From Synechococcus sp. UW140 (lineage in GTDB: Bacteria > Pseudomonadota > Gammaproteobacteria > Burkholderiales > Burkholderiaceae_C), in NCBI GenBank assembly GCA_943368755.1, contig CALRLO020000010.1, forward strand, positions 420 to 64,419: 64,000 nt of DNA, written 5' to 3'. This document shows positions 43,397 through 54,421 of the stretch, in pieces. Made by a program: the position numbers and the translations under genes. Position 1 is the stretch's first letter; every line of letters begins with the position of its first letter. The notes beneath the pieces are model-generated. The model was not told the origin of the DNA. It did no database searches and saw only the letters and a list, made by a program, of their open reading frames with translations.

Positions 43397-44488
43397 ATGA
43401 CCGAAAAACCGCGCCCCCTGCCCGAGCTGCGCATCGAGATCGATGCGGTGGACCGCGAGCTGCTCCAGCTCCTCAATCGGCGCGCCCGGCTCGCACAGGA
43501 GGTGGGCGAGGTCAAGAAACTCGACGGCTCGCCGGTATTCCGGCCCGACCGTGAGGCACAGGTGATCGAAGGCCTGCAGACCGCCAACCCAGGGCCGCTA
43601 AAACCCCAGGGCATCGCCCACATCTGGCGCGAGGTGATGTCGGCCTGCCGTGCGCTGGAGATGCCCCAGCGTGTCGCCTACCTCGGCCCGGCGGGTACCT
43701 TCAGCGAACAGGCAGCCGTTCAGTTCTTCGGTTCGAGCATGTCTCACATTCCCTGCGCCAGCATCGACGAGGTCTTCCACGCCACCGCGGCGGGCAGCGC
43801 CGAGTACGGTGTGGTGCCGGTCGAGAACTCCACCGAAGGCGTGGTCACGCGCTCGCTGGACCTGTTCCTCAACAGCCCCTTGCGCATCGTTGGCGAGACC
43901 AGCCTGCTGGTGCGCCACAACCTGTTGCGTGTCAAGCCCGACCTGCAGGACATCGAGGTCGTGCTGGCCCACCCGCAGGCACTGGCCCAGTGCCAGAAGT
44001 GGCTCAGCCAGCACCTGCCACACGCCGAACGCCGCGCCGTCTCGAGCAACGCCGAGGGCGCCCGCCTGGCCGCCACCAACCCGGCCTGGGCCGGCATCGC
44101 CAGCACACGTGCCAGCTCGGAGTTCGGCCTGCACATCGTCGGCCATGCCATCCAGGACGACGACTTCAACCGCACCCGCTTCGCCATCGTCTGCCTGCCG
44201 CAGACCCTGCAGACACCCGCCGCCAGCGGACGCGACTGCGTGAGCCTGATCGTATCGGTGCCCAACCGCCCGGGCGCGGTACACGACCTGCTGGTGCCGC
44301 TCAAGCGCCATGGCGTGTCGATGACGCGCTTCGAGTCGCGCCCGGCGCGCTCGGGCCAGTGGGAGTACTACTTCTACATCGACATCGCCGGCCACCCGGC
44401 CCAAGACAACATGGCTGCCGCGCTGGCCGAACTGCAAGGTCTGTGCGCCTTCTACAAGGTGCTTGGCGCCTACCCCGTTTCCGATTGA
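43397..44488 (+). CDS. pheA: Chorismate mutase/prephenate dehydratase
   Basis: LR.EID.VD, YLGPAGTFSE, PVENSTEG, NRTRF, ESRP ACT domain. Confidence 0.95.
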   Translation: MTEKPRPLPELRIEIDAVDRELLQLLNRRARLAQEVGEVKKLDGSPVFRPDREAQVIEGLQTANPGPLKPQGIAHIWREVMSACRALEMPQRVAYLGPAGTFSEQAAVQFFGSSMSHIPCASIDEVFHATAAGSAEYGVVPVENSTEGVVTRSLDLFLNSPLRIVGETSLLVRHNLLRVKPDLQDIEVVLAHPQALAQCQKWLSQHLPHAERRAVSSNAEGARLAATNPAWAGIASTRASSEFGLHIVGHAIQDDDFNRTRFAIVCLPQTLQTPAASGRDCVSLIVSVPNRPGAVHDLLVPLKRHGVSMTRFESRPARSGQWEYYFYIDIAGHPAQDNMAAALAELQGLCAFYKVLGAYPVSD

Positions 44489-44498
44489 GGCCCACCTT

Positions 44499-45380
44499 AT
44501 GTTCGAGCAACTGGGCCTGATCGGCTGTGGCCTCATGGGCGGCTCGTTCGCGCTGGCGGCCAAACGTGCCGGCCTGGTCAAGCGCGTGGTCGGCTACAGC
44601 AAATCGCCCACCACCACCGAACGCGCGCGCCAGATGGGAGTGATCGACATCGAGGCACCGTCGGCGCTGCTGGCCGTATCGGGCGCTGACCTGGTGCTGA
44701 TGGCTGTCCCGGTGGCTGCCACCGAGGACACCCTCAAGGCCATTCGCCACCTGCTCACGCCACAGACGCTGCTGATGGATGTCGGCTCAACCAAGTCGGA
44801 TGTGGTGGATTGCGCCGAGCGCGTGCTGGGTGCGCAGGCCACCGGATTCGTACCGGCCCACCCCATCGCCGGCAAGGAAGTCGCTGGCGTCGAACACGCC
44901 GACCCCGAGCTCTACCGCGGCCGCCAGGTCATTCTCACCCCCACGGCACGGACCGCGCCGGATCACGCCGACCGTGCCGAGGCACTCTGGCGTGCGCTGG
45001 GCTGCCAGGTGCTGCGCATGACGCCGCAGGCCCACGATGCAGCCTACGCGGCCGTCAGCCACCTGCCCCACCTGCTGGCTTTTGCCTTCATGAACGGGCT
45101 TGCGGAACAGCCCGACGTCCAGCGCTTTCTGTCGCTGGCCGGCACGGGCTTTCGCGATTTCTCCCGCATAGCCGCCAGCGATGAAAACGTCTGGCGCGAC
45201 ATCCTGCTGGCCAACCGCGACGAGGTGCTGGCGCAGTCGCGACACTTCCGCTCCGCACTGGCTGCGCTGGAACACAGCCTGGAGGATGGTCGCGCCGATG
45301 TGCTGGTGCCGCTGATCCGGCAAGCGGCCGACCTGCGCCGCCCCTGGCGCCTGTCCAGCCCGAAGAACGACGACAACTGA
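44499..45380 (+). CDS. tyrA: Prephenate/arogenate dehydrogenase
   Basis: [40 protein letters not shown]. Confidence 0.9.
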   Translation: MFEQLGLIGCGLMGGSFALAAKRAGLVKRVVGYSKSPTTTERARQMGVIDIEAPSALLAVSGADLVLMAVPVAATEDTLKAIRHLLTPQTLLMDVGSTKSDVVDCAERVLGAQATGFVPAHPIAGKEVAGVEHADPELYRGRQVILTPTARTAPDHADRAEALWRALGCQVLRMTPQAHDAAYAAVSHLPHLLAFAFMNGLAEQPDVQRFLSLAGTGFRDFSRIAASDENVWRDILLANRDEVLAQSRHFRSALAALEHSLEDGRADVLVPLIRQAADLRRPWRLSSPKNDDN

Positions 45381-47395
45381 TGTACGCCACCCCCTTTCTC
45401 GACCTGCCGCCGCTGCAAACCGCTGGCGGCACCGTGCGCCTGCCGGGTTCCAAGAGCATCTCCAACCGCGTGCTGCTGCTGGCCGCGCTGAGCCAGGGCC
45501 GCACCGTGGTGCGCGACCTGCTCGATTCCGACGACACCCGGGTGATGCTGGACGCGCTGCGGGCTCTGGGCTGTGGCATCGAACGTCTGGCCGACGGTGC
45601 GCTCGCCGTGACCGGTCTCGGTGGGGATCTCCCGCACAAGAACGGGCAACTGTTCTTGGGCAACGCCGGTACCGCCATGCGACCACTCACGGCGGCACTG
45701 GCCCTGCTGGCCACCCGCCACGGCGGGCGCTTCGAGCTCAGCGGTGTGCCGCGCATGCACGAACGCCCCATCGGTGACCTGGTGGACGCCCTCAGGCAAC
45801 TCGGCTGCGCCGTCGACTACCTCGGCAACAACGGCTACCCGCCGCTGCGCCTGGGCCCCGGCCAACCCGGCGCCCTGCAGCTGGATACCCCCATCCGCGT
45901 CCGCGGCGACGTCTCCAGCCAGTTCCTCACGGCCCTGCTGCTGGCGCTGCCGCTGGTGGCCGAGCGCGACGTGCACATCGACGTGGTCGGCGAGCTGATC
46001 TCGAAACCCTACATCGAGATCACGCTGGCGCTGCTGCAGCAGTTCGGCGTCCATGTTCAGCGCGAAGGCTGGCAGCGCTTCACCATCCCGGGCGGCAGCC
46101 GCTACCAGGCGCCGGCCGAGGTGCACGTCGAGGGCGACGCCTCCTCGGCCAGCTACTTTGTCGCACTGGGCGCCATCGCGGGCGTGACCGACGCGGTCAC
46201 CATCCAGGGCGTGGGCCTCAGCGCCATCCAGGGCGACATCCGCTTCGTCGAGGCCGCCCAGGCCATGGGCGCCCATGTCGAGGGTGGTCCCAACGAACTG
46301 CGCGTGCGTCGGGGTGCCTGGCCACTCAGGGCCATAGACCTGGACTGCAACCACATCCCCGACGCCGCGATGACGCTGGCCGTGATGGCCCTCTATGCCG
46401 ACGGCACCACCACACTGCGCAACATCGCCAGCTGGCGCGTGAAGGAAACCGACCGTCTGAGCGCCATGGCCACCGAGCTGCGCAAGCTGGGTGCCACGGT
46501 GGACGAAGGGGCGGATCACCTGTCCATCACGCCGCCGGCGCGCTGGACCTCAGGCTCCATCCATACCTACGACGACCACCGCGTTGCGATGTGTTTCTCG
46601 CTCGCCACCTTCGCGGGCGTGCCGGTGCGCATCGAGGACCCCAAATGTGTCGCCAAGACCTTCCCCGATTACTTCGAGGCGCTGTTCGGCGTGGTCGCCG
46701 CCAGGACCGAGGACATCCCGGTGATCTGCATCGATGGCCCCACGGCCTCAGGCAAAGGCACGCTGGCCGCAGCCGTGGCCGAACAGCTGGGTTACCACCT
46801 GCTCGACTCGGGTGCGCTCTACCGGCTGGTGGGCCTGGCGGCGCACAAGCAAGGCCTGTGCACCGAGGTGGAGGACCTTGCCACCCCGGCGCACGCCGAA
46901 CGCATCGGCCAGCTGGCCGCCACACTGCCCGTGCGGTTCACCGGCCAGCAGGTCTGGCTGGGCAACGAGGATGTGACCGAGGCCTTGCGCACCGAGGCCG
47001 CCGGCATGGCGGCCTCGCGCGTGTCGGCTGTGCCGCAGGTGCGCACCGCCCTTTTGGCACTCCAGCATGGCTTTCGGCGCCTGCCCGGGCTGGTGGCCGA
47101 CGGACGCGACATGGGCACCGTCATCTTCCCCGATGCGCCGCTCAAGGTGTTCCTGACGGCAAGCGCCGAACAACGTGCCGAGCGACGCCATAAGCAGTTG
47201 ATTTCCAAAGGAATTTCGGCTACACTCGACAGTCTTTTGGAAGACTTGCGTGCGCGCGACCACCGGGACATGACCCGGGCCAGCGCCCCACTCAAGCCCG
47301 CCGAAGATGCCTTGCTGCTGGACAACTCGCAGCTGAACGTCGAGCAATCGGTCGATCAGCTGCTGGCCTGGTGGCAAGGCAAAACGCCGTTCTGA
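45380..47395 (+). CDS. aroA: Fused EPSP synthase / cytidylate kinase
   Basis: [34 protein letters not shown], then in the same frame [26 protein letters not shown] (Cmk). Confidence 0.95.
   Translation: MYATPFLDLPPLQTAGGTVRLPGSKSISNRVLLLAALSQGRTVVRDLLDSDDTRVMLDALRALGCGIERLADGALAVTGLGGDLPHKNGQLFLGNAGTAMRPLTAALALLATRHGGRFELSGVPRMHERPIGDLVDALRQLGCAVDYLGNNGYPPLRLGPGQPGALQLDTPIRVRGDVSSQFLTALLLALPLVAERDVHIDVVGELISKPYIEITLALLQQFGVHVQREGWQRFTIPGGSRYQAPAEVHVEGDASSASYFVALGAIAGVTDAVTIQGVGLSAIQGDIRFVEAAQAMGAHVEGGPNELRVRRGAWPLRAIDLDCNHIPDAAMTLAVMALYADGTTTLRNIASWRVKETDRLSAMATELRKLGATVDEGADHLSITPPARWTSGSIHTYDDHRVAMCFSLATFAGVPVRIEDPKCVAKTFPDYFEALFGVVAARTEDIPVICIDGPTASGKGTLAAAVAEQLGYHLLDSGALYRLVGLAAHKQGLCTEVEDLATPAHAERIGQLAATLPVRFTGQQVWLGNEDVTEALRTEAAGMAASRVSAVPQVRTALLALQHGFRRLPGLVADGRDMGTVIFPDAPLKVFLTASAEQRAERRHKQLISKGISATLDSLLEDLRARDHRDMTRASAPLKPAEDALLLDNSQLNVEQSVDQLLAWWQGKTPF
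47198..47226 (+). promoter_or_regulatory. Sigma70 promoter inside the cmk domain, probable rpsA promoter
   Basis: TTGATT-N17-TACACT in a locally AT-rich patch of the coding sequence. Confidence 0.65.
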
Positions 47396-47560
47396 CCCCG
47401 GTCGGTACGGCAAACCTGGCCCAAACGGTCCCGCCGGGCGCCTCGACGCCCGCAGGCCGGATGGATCTTGAACCTACCTGCACCTCCAGTGCATACAACC
47501 ACGCTGCCTCCGGCATCCCGACACCTTTCTCGTTGGCCCGCGAGCAGCACAGGAAACCTC

Positions 47561-49240
47561 ATGTCTGAATCTTTTGCCGCCCTGTTCGAAGAATCCCTGA
47601 AGCGCGCCGAAATGCGCTCGGGCGAAGTGATCACCGCCGAAGTGGTGCGTGTCGAGCACAACCACGTCGTGGTCAACGCCGGCCTCAAGTCGGAAGCCTA
47701 CATCCCGCTGGGTGAATTCAAGAACGACCAGGGCGAACTCGAAGTCCAGGTTGGCGACTTCGTCTCCGTCGCGATCGACTCCGTGGAAAACGGCTTCGGC
47801 GACACCCTGCTGAGCCGCGACAAGGCCAAGCGCCTGGCCTCGTGGATGGCGCTGGAAAAAGCGCTCGAGTCCGGCGAATTCGTCACCGGCACCACCACCG
47901 CCAAGGTCAAGGGCGGCCTCAAGGTCATGGTCAACGGCATCAGCGCCTTCCTGCCGGGCTCGCTGGTTGACAGCCGTCCCACCAAGGACCTGACCCCCTA
48001 CGAAAACAAGACCCTGGAATTCAAGGTCATCAAGCTGGACCGCAAGCGCAACAACGTGGTGCTGAGCCGCCGCGCCGTGGTGGAAGCCTCCATGGGCGAA
48101 GAGCGCGCCAAGCTGATGGAAACCCTGAAGGAAGGCGCCATCGTCCACGGCGTGGTCAAGAACATCACCGAATACGGTGCGTTCGTGGACCTGGGCGGCA
48201 TCGACGGCCTGCTGCACATCACCGACATGGCCTGGCGCCGTGTCCGCCACCCGAGCGAAGTCGTTCAGGCCGGCCAGGAAATCACCGCCAAGATCCTCAA
48301 GTTCGACACCGAGAAACAACGCGTCTCGCTGGGCCTCAAGCAGATGGGTGACGACCCCTGGATGGGCGTGGCCCGCCGCTACCCGCAAGGCACCCGCATG
48401 TTCGGCAAGGTCACCAACATCGCCGACTACGGTGCGTTCGTGGAACTCGAGCCCGGCATCGAAGGCCTGGTGCACGTCTCCGAAATGGACTGGACCAACA
48501 AGAACGTGGCACCGTCCAAGCTGGTGTCGCTGGGCGACGAAGTCGAAGTCATGGTGCTCGACATCGACGAAGACAAGCGCCGCATCTCCCTGGGCATGAA
48601 GCAGTGCCGTGCCAACCCCTGGCACGAGTTCGCCGAGTCCACCAAGCGTGGCGACCGCGTCAAGGGCCCGATCAAGTCCATCACCGACTTCGGCGTGTTC
48701 GTGGGTCTGGCTGCCGGCATCGACGGCCTGGTGCACCGGTCCGACCTGTCCTGGAACGAGCCCGGCGAAACCGCCGTGCGCAACTACAAGAAGGGCCAGG
48801 AAGTCGAAGCCATCGTGCTGGCCGTGGACGTCGAGCGCGAGCGCATCAGCCTGGGCATCAAGCAGCTGGATTCCGACCCCTTCACGACCTTCGTGTCGAT
48901 CAACGACAAGGGCTCCATCGTGACCGGCAAGGTCAAGACCGTGGATGCCAAGGGTGCTGAAATCGACCTCGGCGAAGAAGTGCTGGGCTACCTGCGCGCC
49001 TCCGAAATCAGCCGTGACCGCGTGGAAGACGCGCGCAACGTGCTGAAAGAAGGCGACGAAGTCACCACCGTGGTGGTCAACGTGGATCGCAAGACCCGCA
49101 ACATCCAGCTCTCGATCAAGGCCAAGGACGCCGCCGACCAGCAAGAAGCCATGGCCACCCTGAGCCAGAGCTCGGGCAACGCCGGCACCACCAGCCTGGG
49201 TGCCCTGCTGCGCGCCAAGCTGGACAACAACAACGGCTAA
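47561..49240 (+). CDS. rpsA: 30S ribosomal protein S1
   Basis: [12 protein letters not shown] and six S1 repeats ([21 protein letters not shown]); AGGA SD. Confidence 0.97.
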   Translation: MSESFAALFEESLKRAEMRSGEVITAEVVRVEHNHVVVNAGLKSEAYIPLGEFKNDQGELEVQVGDFVSVAIDSVENGFGDTLLSRDKAKRLASWMALEKALESGEFVTGTTTAKVKGGLKVMVNGISAFLPGSLVDSRPTKDLTPYENKTLEFKVIKLDRKRNNVVLSRRAVVEASMGEERAKLMETLKEGAIVHGVVKNITEYGAFVDLGGIDGLLHITDMAWRRVRHPSEVVQAGQEITAKILKFDTEKQRVSLGLKQMGDDPWMGVARRYPQGTRMFGKVTNIADYGAFVELEPGIEGLVHVSEMDWTNKNVAPSKLVSLGDEVEVMVLDIDEDKRRISLGMKQCRANPWHEFAESTKRGDRVKGPIKSITDFGVFVGLAAGIDGLVHRSDLSWNEPGETAVRNYKKGQEVEAIVLAVDVERERISLGIKQLDSDPFTTFVSINDKGSIVTGKVKTVDAKGAEIDLGEEVLGYLRASEISRDRVEDARNVLKEGDEVTTVVVNVDRKTRNIQLSIKAKDAADQQEAMATLSQSSGNAGTTSLGALLRAKLDNNNG

Positions 49241-49249
49241 ACGCCGGAT

Positions 49250-49290
49250 GAAATGCGCCCTGCGGCCGAAAGGCTGCCGGGCGCATTTTC
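49250..49290 (+). terminator. Hairpin/terminator after rpsA
   Basis: gaaatgcgccc...ggcc-gaaa-ggct...gggcgcattttc. Confidence 0.65.
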
Positions 49291-49310
49291 ACGACGCCAC
49301 TCACATCCAC

Positions 49311-49637
49311 ATGACCCGAAGCGACCTCGTAGAAGCCCTGGCGGCGCGTTTTGGCCAGCTGACGCAGCGTGACGCCGAATTCGCAGTCAAGACCATCCTT
49401 GACGCGATGGGTGACGCCCTGGTGCAAGGCCAGCGCATCGAAATCCGTGGTTTTGGCAGCTTCTCCGTCAGCCGGCGCGCACCCCGCATGGGGCGCAACC
49501 CCCGCTCCGGCGAAAGTGTGGCCATCCCCGAAAAACGGGTGCCCCATTTCAAGCCCGGCAAAGCCTTGCGTGAGCAGGTCGACACCCGCACGGCCGAAAT
49601 GGCGCACCAGCAGCAGGCAGCCATCGCTTCCCGCTGA
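49311..49637 (+). CDS. ihfB: Integration host factor beta
   Basis: [37 protein letters not shown]. Confidence 0.95.
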   Translation: MTRSDLVEALAARFGQLTQRDAEFAVKTILDAMGDALVQGQRIEIRGFGSFSVSRRAPRMGRNPRSGESVAIPEKRVPHFKPGKALREQVDTRTAEMAHQQQAAIASR

Positions 49638-49682
49638 ACACCATCCCCAGGGCTACAATCAGCCCGCCATGAAGGGGATGCC

Positions 49683-49964
49683 TTGAGATACCTCGTGTGG
49701 CTGCTGAAAGCGGCCATTTTTTTTGTGTTGTTCGCCTTTGCGCTGAACAACCAGGCGCCGGTGCACGTGCACCTGTTCTTTGGCGCGTACTGGCAGGCGC
49801 CGCTCGTGCTGGTGCTGCTGATCGCCCTGACGCTGGGCGTGGTGCTGGGCGTGCTGGTCATGCTGCCAATCTGGCTGAGGGTGCGCCGACGCTGGCTCCA
49901 GGCATCCGGCGGCACACCGCCCCAGCCCCCCTCACCCACGTCCACGCCACGCCATGGATCTTGA
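49683..49964 (+). CDS. lapA: Lipopolysaccharide assembly protein A
   Basis: FFVLFAFALNN, two TMs, lies between ihfB and lapB; TTG start. Confidence 0.82.
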   Translation: MRYLVWLLKAAIFFVLFAFALNNQAPVHVHLFFGAYWQAPLVLVLLIALTLGVVLGVLVMLPIWLRVRRRWLQASGGTPPQPPSPTSTPRHGS

Positions 49965-51090
49965 CCTGACCTGGCTGCTGTGGGGCTTGCCGCTGGCCTT
50001 CGTGATGGGCTGGCTGGCCTCGCGCCTGGACCTGCGCCAGTGGCGGCTCGAGAGCCGCCAGGCCCCCAAGGCCTTCTTCCGCGGCCTGAACCACCTGCTC
50101 AATGAACAGCAGGACCGCGCCATCGACGCCTTCATCGAAGCGGTGCAGAACGATCCGGACACCTCCGAACTGCACTTCGCACTCGGCAACCTGTTCCGCC
50201 GCCGCGGCGACTACGACCGTGCGGTTCGTGTTCACGAGCACCTGCTGTCCCGGGGCGACCTCAGTCAGAAAGACCGCGACCGTGCCCAGCATGCACTGGC
50301 GCTGGACTTTCTCAAGGCCGGCCTGCTGGACCGTGCCGAAGCCGCTCTGCAGCGCCTGCAGGGCACGGCTTTCGAAGCCGAGGCCAATCTGGCCCTGCTG
50401 GGCATCTACGAGCGCGGCCGCGACTGGTCCCTGGCGCTGGCCATGGCGCAGAAGCTGGAGTCGGCCCAACGGGGCAGTTTCGGCCCCCGCATCGCGCACT
50501 TCCTGTGCGAACAGGCCGCGAACGCCAGGGAACCCGCCCAGGCTCTGAGCCTGCTGGAACAGGCCATCGCAGCAGCACCAGCCGCCCCGCGCGCCCGGTT
50601 CGAGCTGGCCCAATGGCACCAGCAGCAGGGTCAGCCGGCCCAGGCGCTCGACACCTTGTTCGAACTTGCCCGCACCGCCCCCCAGGCCCTGCCCCTGATC
50701 GCCCACCCCATGGTGTCGCTGGGACAGGCCTGTGGTCGCGCCCACGAGGTAAAGGCACTGTTGCAGGGCAAGCAGGCAACCCCGCCCTCACTGGACGTGA
50801 CCGAGGCCCTGGCAGCGCTGAGCCCGGACCGCGAAACGGCGCGGGCCTGCTACATCAACCACCTGCAAAGCGAGCCCTCGCTGGTGGTGGCGGCCCGCTG
50901 GCTGCAGGACGAGCCGTTGGGCACATCCGAACAGAAGGCCCTGGTGCAGAAGGCCCTGGACCAGGCCGCGACCCCGCTCAAGCGCTACCGCTGTGCGGCC
51001 TGTGGCTTCGAGGCCAAGCAGTACTTCTGGCAATGCCCCGGCTGCCAGACCTGGGATAGCTACCCCACCCGCCGCGTCGAGGAACTCTGA
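49954..51090 (+). CDS. lapB: Lipopolysaccharide assembly protein B
   Basis: N-terminal TM, FRGLNHLLNEQQDRAIDAF, TPRs, rubredoxin CAACGF...WQCPGC. Confidence 0.93.
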   Translation: MDLDLTWLLWGLPLAFVMGWLASRLDLRQWRLESRQAPKAFFRGLNHLLNEQQDRAIDAFIEAVQNDPDTSELHFALGNLFRRRGDYDRAVRVHEHLLSRGDLSQKDRDRAQHALALDFLKAGLLDRAEAALQRLQGTAFEAEANLALLGIYERGRDWSLALAMAQKLESAQRGSFGPRIAHFLCEQAANAREPAQALSLLEQAIAAAPAAPRARFELAQWHQQQGQPAQALDTLFELARTAPQALPLIAHPMVSLGQACGRAHEVKALLQGKQATPPSLDVTEALAALSPDRETARACYINHLQSEPSLVVAARWLQDEPLGTSEQKALVQKALDQAATPLKRYRCAACGFEAKQYFWQCPGCQTWDSYPTRRVEEL

Positions 51091-51114
51091 CGCTCGGGCA
51101 GGACGGGTCACAGA

Positions 51115-51150
51115 CAACAAAAAAGGCCGCTTGTGCGGCCTTTTTTGTTG
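51115..51150. terminator. Bidirectional terminator between lapB and rplS
   Basis: caacaaaaaaggccgc-ttgt-gcggccttttttgttg perfect 16-bp dyad. Confidence 0.9.
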
Positions 51151-51163
51151 GAATCCGGGCAGA

Positions 51164-51520
51164 TCAGGCGCCCAGCTTTTCCTTGATGCGAGCGGATTTG
51201 CCGCTGCGGTCACGCAGGTAGTACAGCTTGGCGCGGCGCACGTCACCACGGCGCTTGACTTCGATCTTGGCGATACGGGGGCTATACAGCGGGAAGGTGC
51301 GTTCCACGCCTTCGCCGTTGGAGATCTTGCGCACGATGAAGCTGGAGTTCAGGCCGCGGTTGCGCTTGGCAATCACGACGCCTTCATAGGCCTGCAGACG
51401 CTTGCGGTTGCCTTCAACCACGTTCACGCTGACGATCACGGTGTCGCCGGGGGCAAACGGGGGGATTTCCTTGTTCAGGCGAGCGATTTCTTCCTGCTCG
51501 AGGATCTGGATGAGGTTCAT
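51164..51520 (-). CDS. rplS: 50S ribosomal protein L19
   Basis: [35 protein letters not shown]. Confidence 0.97.
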   Translation of the reverse strand: MNLIQILEQEEIARLNKEIPPFAPGDTVIVSVNVVEGNRKRLQAYEGVVIAKRNRGLNSSFIVRKISNGEGVERTFPLYSPRIAKIEVKRRGDVRRAKLYYLRDRSGKSARIKEKLGA

Positions 51521-51645
51521 GACTTCCTGTTGAACAGTCGTGTTCGCGCTGCACTAAAGGCCTCGAATCCCGCCCCTGCAAGGCAGGGGACCTGGGTCAA
51601 GGCGGCCGAACAGAGGACCGAAAAGCCTTTGATTATAGCGCTTTG

Positions 51646-52425
51646 TCAGCCACCGGCCAACTGGCGCAGCCAAGCCTCGTCCGCCGGGGTCAGCCCGCCA
51701 GCACGGCGGGTCGCTTCCAGCACGTCGGGTCGGTGAGCGGCCGTGAGGGCCAGCCGCTGCTGGCGGCGGTGCCGCTCGATCCCGGCGTGGTGACCCGACA
51801 GCAGCACCTCGGGCACCGGCAGCGGGCCCTGCGGCCCTTGCCAGACCTCGGGGCGGGTGTAGTGCGGGCAATCCAGCAGGCCGTCCAGCGCCGGGTTGAA
51901 GCTGTCCTGCTGGTGGCTGCCGGCGTCATTCAGCACGCCCGGTTGCAGGCGAGCCACGGCGTCCAGCAGCGCCAGTGCAGGGATTTCACCCCCGGACAGC
52001 ACAAAATCGCCCAGGCTGAGCTGCTCGTCCACGTAGGTGTCGATGAAACGCTGGTCCACGCCTTCGTAGCGGCCGCAGACGAGGATGGCGCCACGGGCAT
52101 CCGTCGCTTTGGATTCAACCCCCGCGTGATCCAGCCGCCGGCCGATGGGTGAAAACCAGACGACCGGCGCACGCTCCGCTTCGGGTTCGTCGCGTTCGGC
52201 TCGCACCGCAGCCAGACAACGTGCGAGCGGCTCGACCATCATCACCATGCCGGGACCACCTCCGAACGGCCGATCGTCGACGCGGCGGTAGTTGCCCTCG
52301 GCGAAATCGCGCGGGTTCCACAGCCGCACGTCCACCTGAGCAGATTCGAAGGCACGGCGTGTGATGCCGCTGCTCAGGAACGGCGCAAAGAGTTCGGGGA
52401 ACAGGGTGAGGACGTCAAAGCGCAT
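51646..52425 (-). CDS. trmD: tRNA (guanine37-N1)-methyltransferase
   Basis: MRFDVLTLFPE, VDDRPFGGGPGMVM, CGRYEGVDQR, SLGDFVLSGGE, HYTRPE. Confidence 0.96.
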   Translation of the reverse strand: MRFDVLTLFPELFAPFLSSGITRRAFESAQVDVRLWNPRDFAEGNYRRVDDRPFGGGPGMVMMVEPLARCLAAVRAERDEPEAERAPVVWFSPIGRRLDHAGVESKATDARGAILVCGRYEGVDQRFIDTYVDEQLSLGDFVLSGGEIPALALLDAVARLQPGVLNDAGSHQQDSFNPALDGLLDCPHYTRPEVWQGPQGPLPVPEVLLSGHHAGIERHRRQQRLALTAAHRPDVLEATRRAGGLTPADEAWLRQLAGG

Positions 52426-52435
52426 GGCTTTGGCC

Positions 52436-53017
52436 TCAATAGTCGGTCTGCCAGTCGACGGTGATGCGTCGTGCGGCACGGTCCACCTCGTCCACGTACA
52501 CCGAGACAAAGGGGATCATGCGCTCACCGGTCTTGCCGTCCGGCAACGGGTATTCGAGTACCAGCACGGAATGCGGGCCAGTGGGCAGCAGGTCGCTCAC
52601 CACACCCAGGTGCACGCCCTCGCGGTTGACGACATCCAGGCCGATCAGATCGACCCAGTAGAACTCGTTGTCGTCCTCGGTGGCGGGAAAATCGGCGCGC
52701 GAGATGAAGATGCGGGCGCCTTTGAGCGCTTCGGAACCGTTGCGGTCATCCAGGCCTTCAATACGGGCCACCAGCGCGTCGGCATGGGGCTTGACCTCTC
52801 CCACCACTGCGGTGACGCACCCGGAAAAAGCGTCGAATCCCCGCGCAAAGCGGCCTTCAGGCGGCTGGAGGAACCAGTGTTGGGAATAGAACAGGGCTTG
52901 CGGATCGGCGCTGTGCGAATGCAGCTTGAACCAGCCTTTGATGCCCCAGGCCTCGGCGATGCGCCCGATCTCGACCGCGTCGCCGGGCAGTTCGGCGGGG
53001 GTGAGTGCAGGCAGCAT
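52436..53017 (-). CDS. rimM: Ribosome maturation factor RimM
   Basis: IGRI.EAWGIKGW, EFYWVDLIG, ERMIPFV, ITVDWQTDY; start is ATG 53017 or TTG 53035. Confidence 0.92.
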   Translation of the reverse strand: MLPALTPAELPGDAVEIGRIAEAWGIKGWFKLHSHSADPQALFYSQHWFLQPPEGRFARGFDAFSGCVTAVVGEVKPHADALVARIEGLDDRNGSEALKGARIFISRADFPATEDDNEFYWVDLIGLDVVNREGVHLGVVSDLLPTGPHSVLVLEYPLPDGKTGERMIPFVSVYVDEVDRAARRITVDWQTDY

Positions 53018-53064
53018 GCGAGGGAGCGTCGGCAACCCCGGATCGCAAGGATCCGGGATGGCGA

Positions 53065-53316
53065 TCAGGCGGCCTTGGCGGCGCCTTGCTTGATCAGACG
53101 CTGGACGGTTTCGGAGGGCTGGGCGCCCACGCCGGTCCAGTAGGTCAGGCGGTCGGTGGCGACACGCAGGGTTTCTTCGCCGCCTTTGGCCAGCGGGTTG
53201 TAGAAACCGATGCGCTCGATGAAGCGACCATCGCGGCGGTCACGCTTGTCGGCGACCACGATGCTGTAGAACGGACGGGATTTGGCACCGCCACGGGCGA
53301 GTCGGATGACGACCAT
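53065..53316 (-). CDS. rpsP: 30S ribosomal protein S16
   Basis: [38 protein letters not shown]. Confidence 0.97.
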   Translation of the reverse strand: MVVIRLARGGAKSRPFYSIVVADKRDRRDGRFIERIGFYNPLAKGGEETLRVATDRLTYWTGVGAQPSETVQRLIKQGAAKAA

Positions 53317-53428
53317 GATTTATCCTTCGGGTGGTCAGGCGACCTGTTTTGTGTCGGCCAACCTGAATTTCGCAACGCTTGAGACACACGACTGACCACC
53401 CGGTCAGCGAAACGCTGCAAAGCCCAGC

Positions 53429-53434
53429 ATTATA
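53429..53434 (-). promoter_or_regulatory. -10 element of the rpsP operon promoter
   Basis: Perfect TATAAT on the minus strand 112 nt upstream of the rpsP ATG. Confidence 0.6.
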
Positions 53435-53441
53435 CCCTGCC

Positions 53442-53969
53442 ATGTCTTCACCCCTGATTCGCCCGTCCACCGACGCCGACCTGCCCGCCATCACCCGCAT
53501 CTACGGGCATCATGTGCTGCATGGCACCGGCACCTTCGAGACCACCCCTCCCACCGAGGCAGAAATGGCCACGCGCCGCGCCGACGTGCTGGGCAAGAAC
53601 CTGCCCTGGCTGGTGGTGGAGCAGGACGGTCAGGTGCTGGGTTACGCCTACGGCAACTGGTTCAAGCCGCGCCCCGCCTACCGGTTTTCGGTGGAGGACT
53701 CGATCTACATGGCGCCCGAAGCCGCCGGCAAGGGGCTGGGGCGCGCACTGCTGGCCGAACTGCTGGCCCAGCTCGAGCGCGGCGGCACGCGCAAGGTGAT
53801 GGCCGTGATCGGCGACTCCAGCAACGCAGGCTCCGTCGGCGTGCACCGCGCCCTGGGCTTCACGCCGGTGGGCACGGTGGCCTCCTGTGGCTGGAAGTTC
53901 GACCGCTGGCTGGACATCGTGATCATGGAAAAGACCCTGGGTGCGGGCAACAGCACCCGCCCTGAATGA
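53442..53969 (+). CDS. GNAT N-acetyltransferase (phosphinothricin/methionine-sulfoximine type)
   Basis: GTGTFET.PP, RPAYRFSVEDSIY, GKGLGRALL, H..LGF..VG, GWKFDRWLD. Confidence 0.88.
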   Translation: MSSPLIRPSTDADLPAITRIYGHHVLHGTGTFETTPPTEAEMATRRADVLGKNLPWLVVEQDGQVLGYAYGNWFKPRPAYRFSVEDSIYMAPEAAGKGLGRALLAELLAQLERGGTRKVMAVIGDSSNAGSVGVHRALGFTPVGTVASCGWKFDRWLDIVIMEKTLGAGNSTRPE

Positions 53970-54421
53970 TGGGCGCCGCCAAGTCGAAAACCCTCGCCGC
54001 CTGGCTTTCGCTGCTGGGTGGCCCGCTGGGGCTGCACCGCTTCTATCTGCACGGCCTGGGCGACTGGATAGGCTGGCTGCTGCCCATTCCCACAGCACTC
54101 GGGCTCTGGGGCATAGACCGGGCGCTGACGCTGGGGCAGGACGACAAGCTGTCCTGGCTGCTGATCCCGTTGCTGGGATTCACCCTGGCCGCCACCTGCC
54201 TGACCGCCATCGTCTATGCGCTGACGGACAAGGAGCGCTGGAACGCCCGCCACAACCCGCAAGCACCCGACGCCGCTGCCGGCCGAACCCACTGGCTGAC
54301 CATCGGTGCGGTCGTGCTGTCGCTGCTGCTGGGCGCCACGTCGCTGATGGGCAGCCTGGCCTTCAGCTTCCAGCGCTACTTCGAGTACCAGATCGAGGAA
54401 GCCCGCAAGATCAGCCAGTAG
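53966..54421 (+). CDS. TM2/NINE domain membrane protein
   Basis: KSKTLAAWLSLLGGPLGLHRFYL, several TMs; ATGA overlap with the GNAT gene. Confidence 0.8.
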   Translation: MMGAAKSKTLAAWLSLLGGPLGLHRFYLHGLGDWIGWLLPIPTALGLWGIDRALTLGQDDKLSWLLIPLLGFTLAATCLTAIVYALTDKERWNARHNPQAPDAAAGRTHWLTIGAVVLSLLLGATSLMGSLAFSFQRYFEYQIEEARKISQ

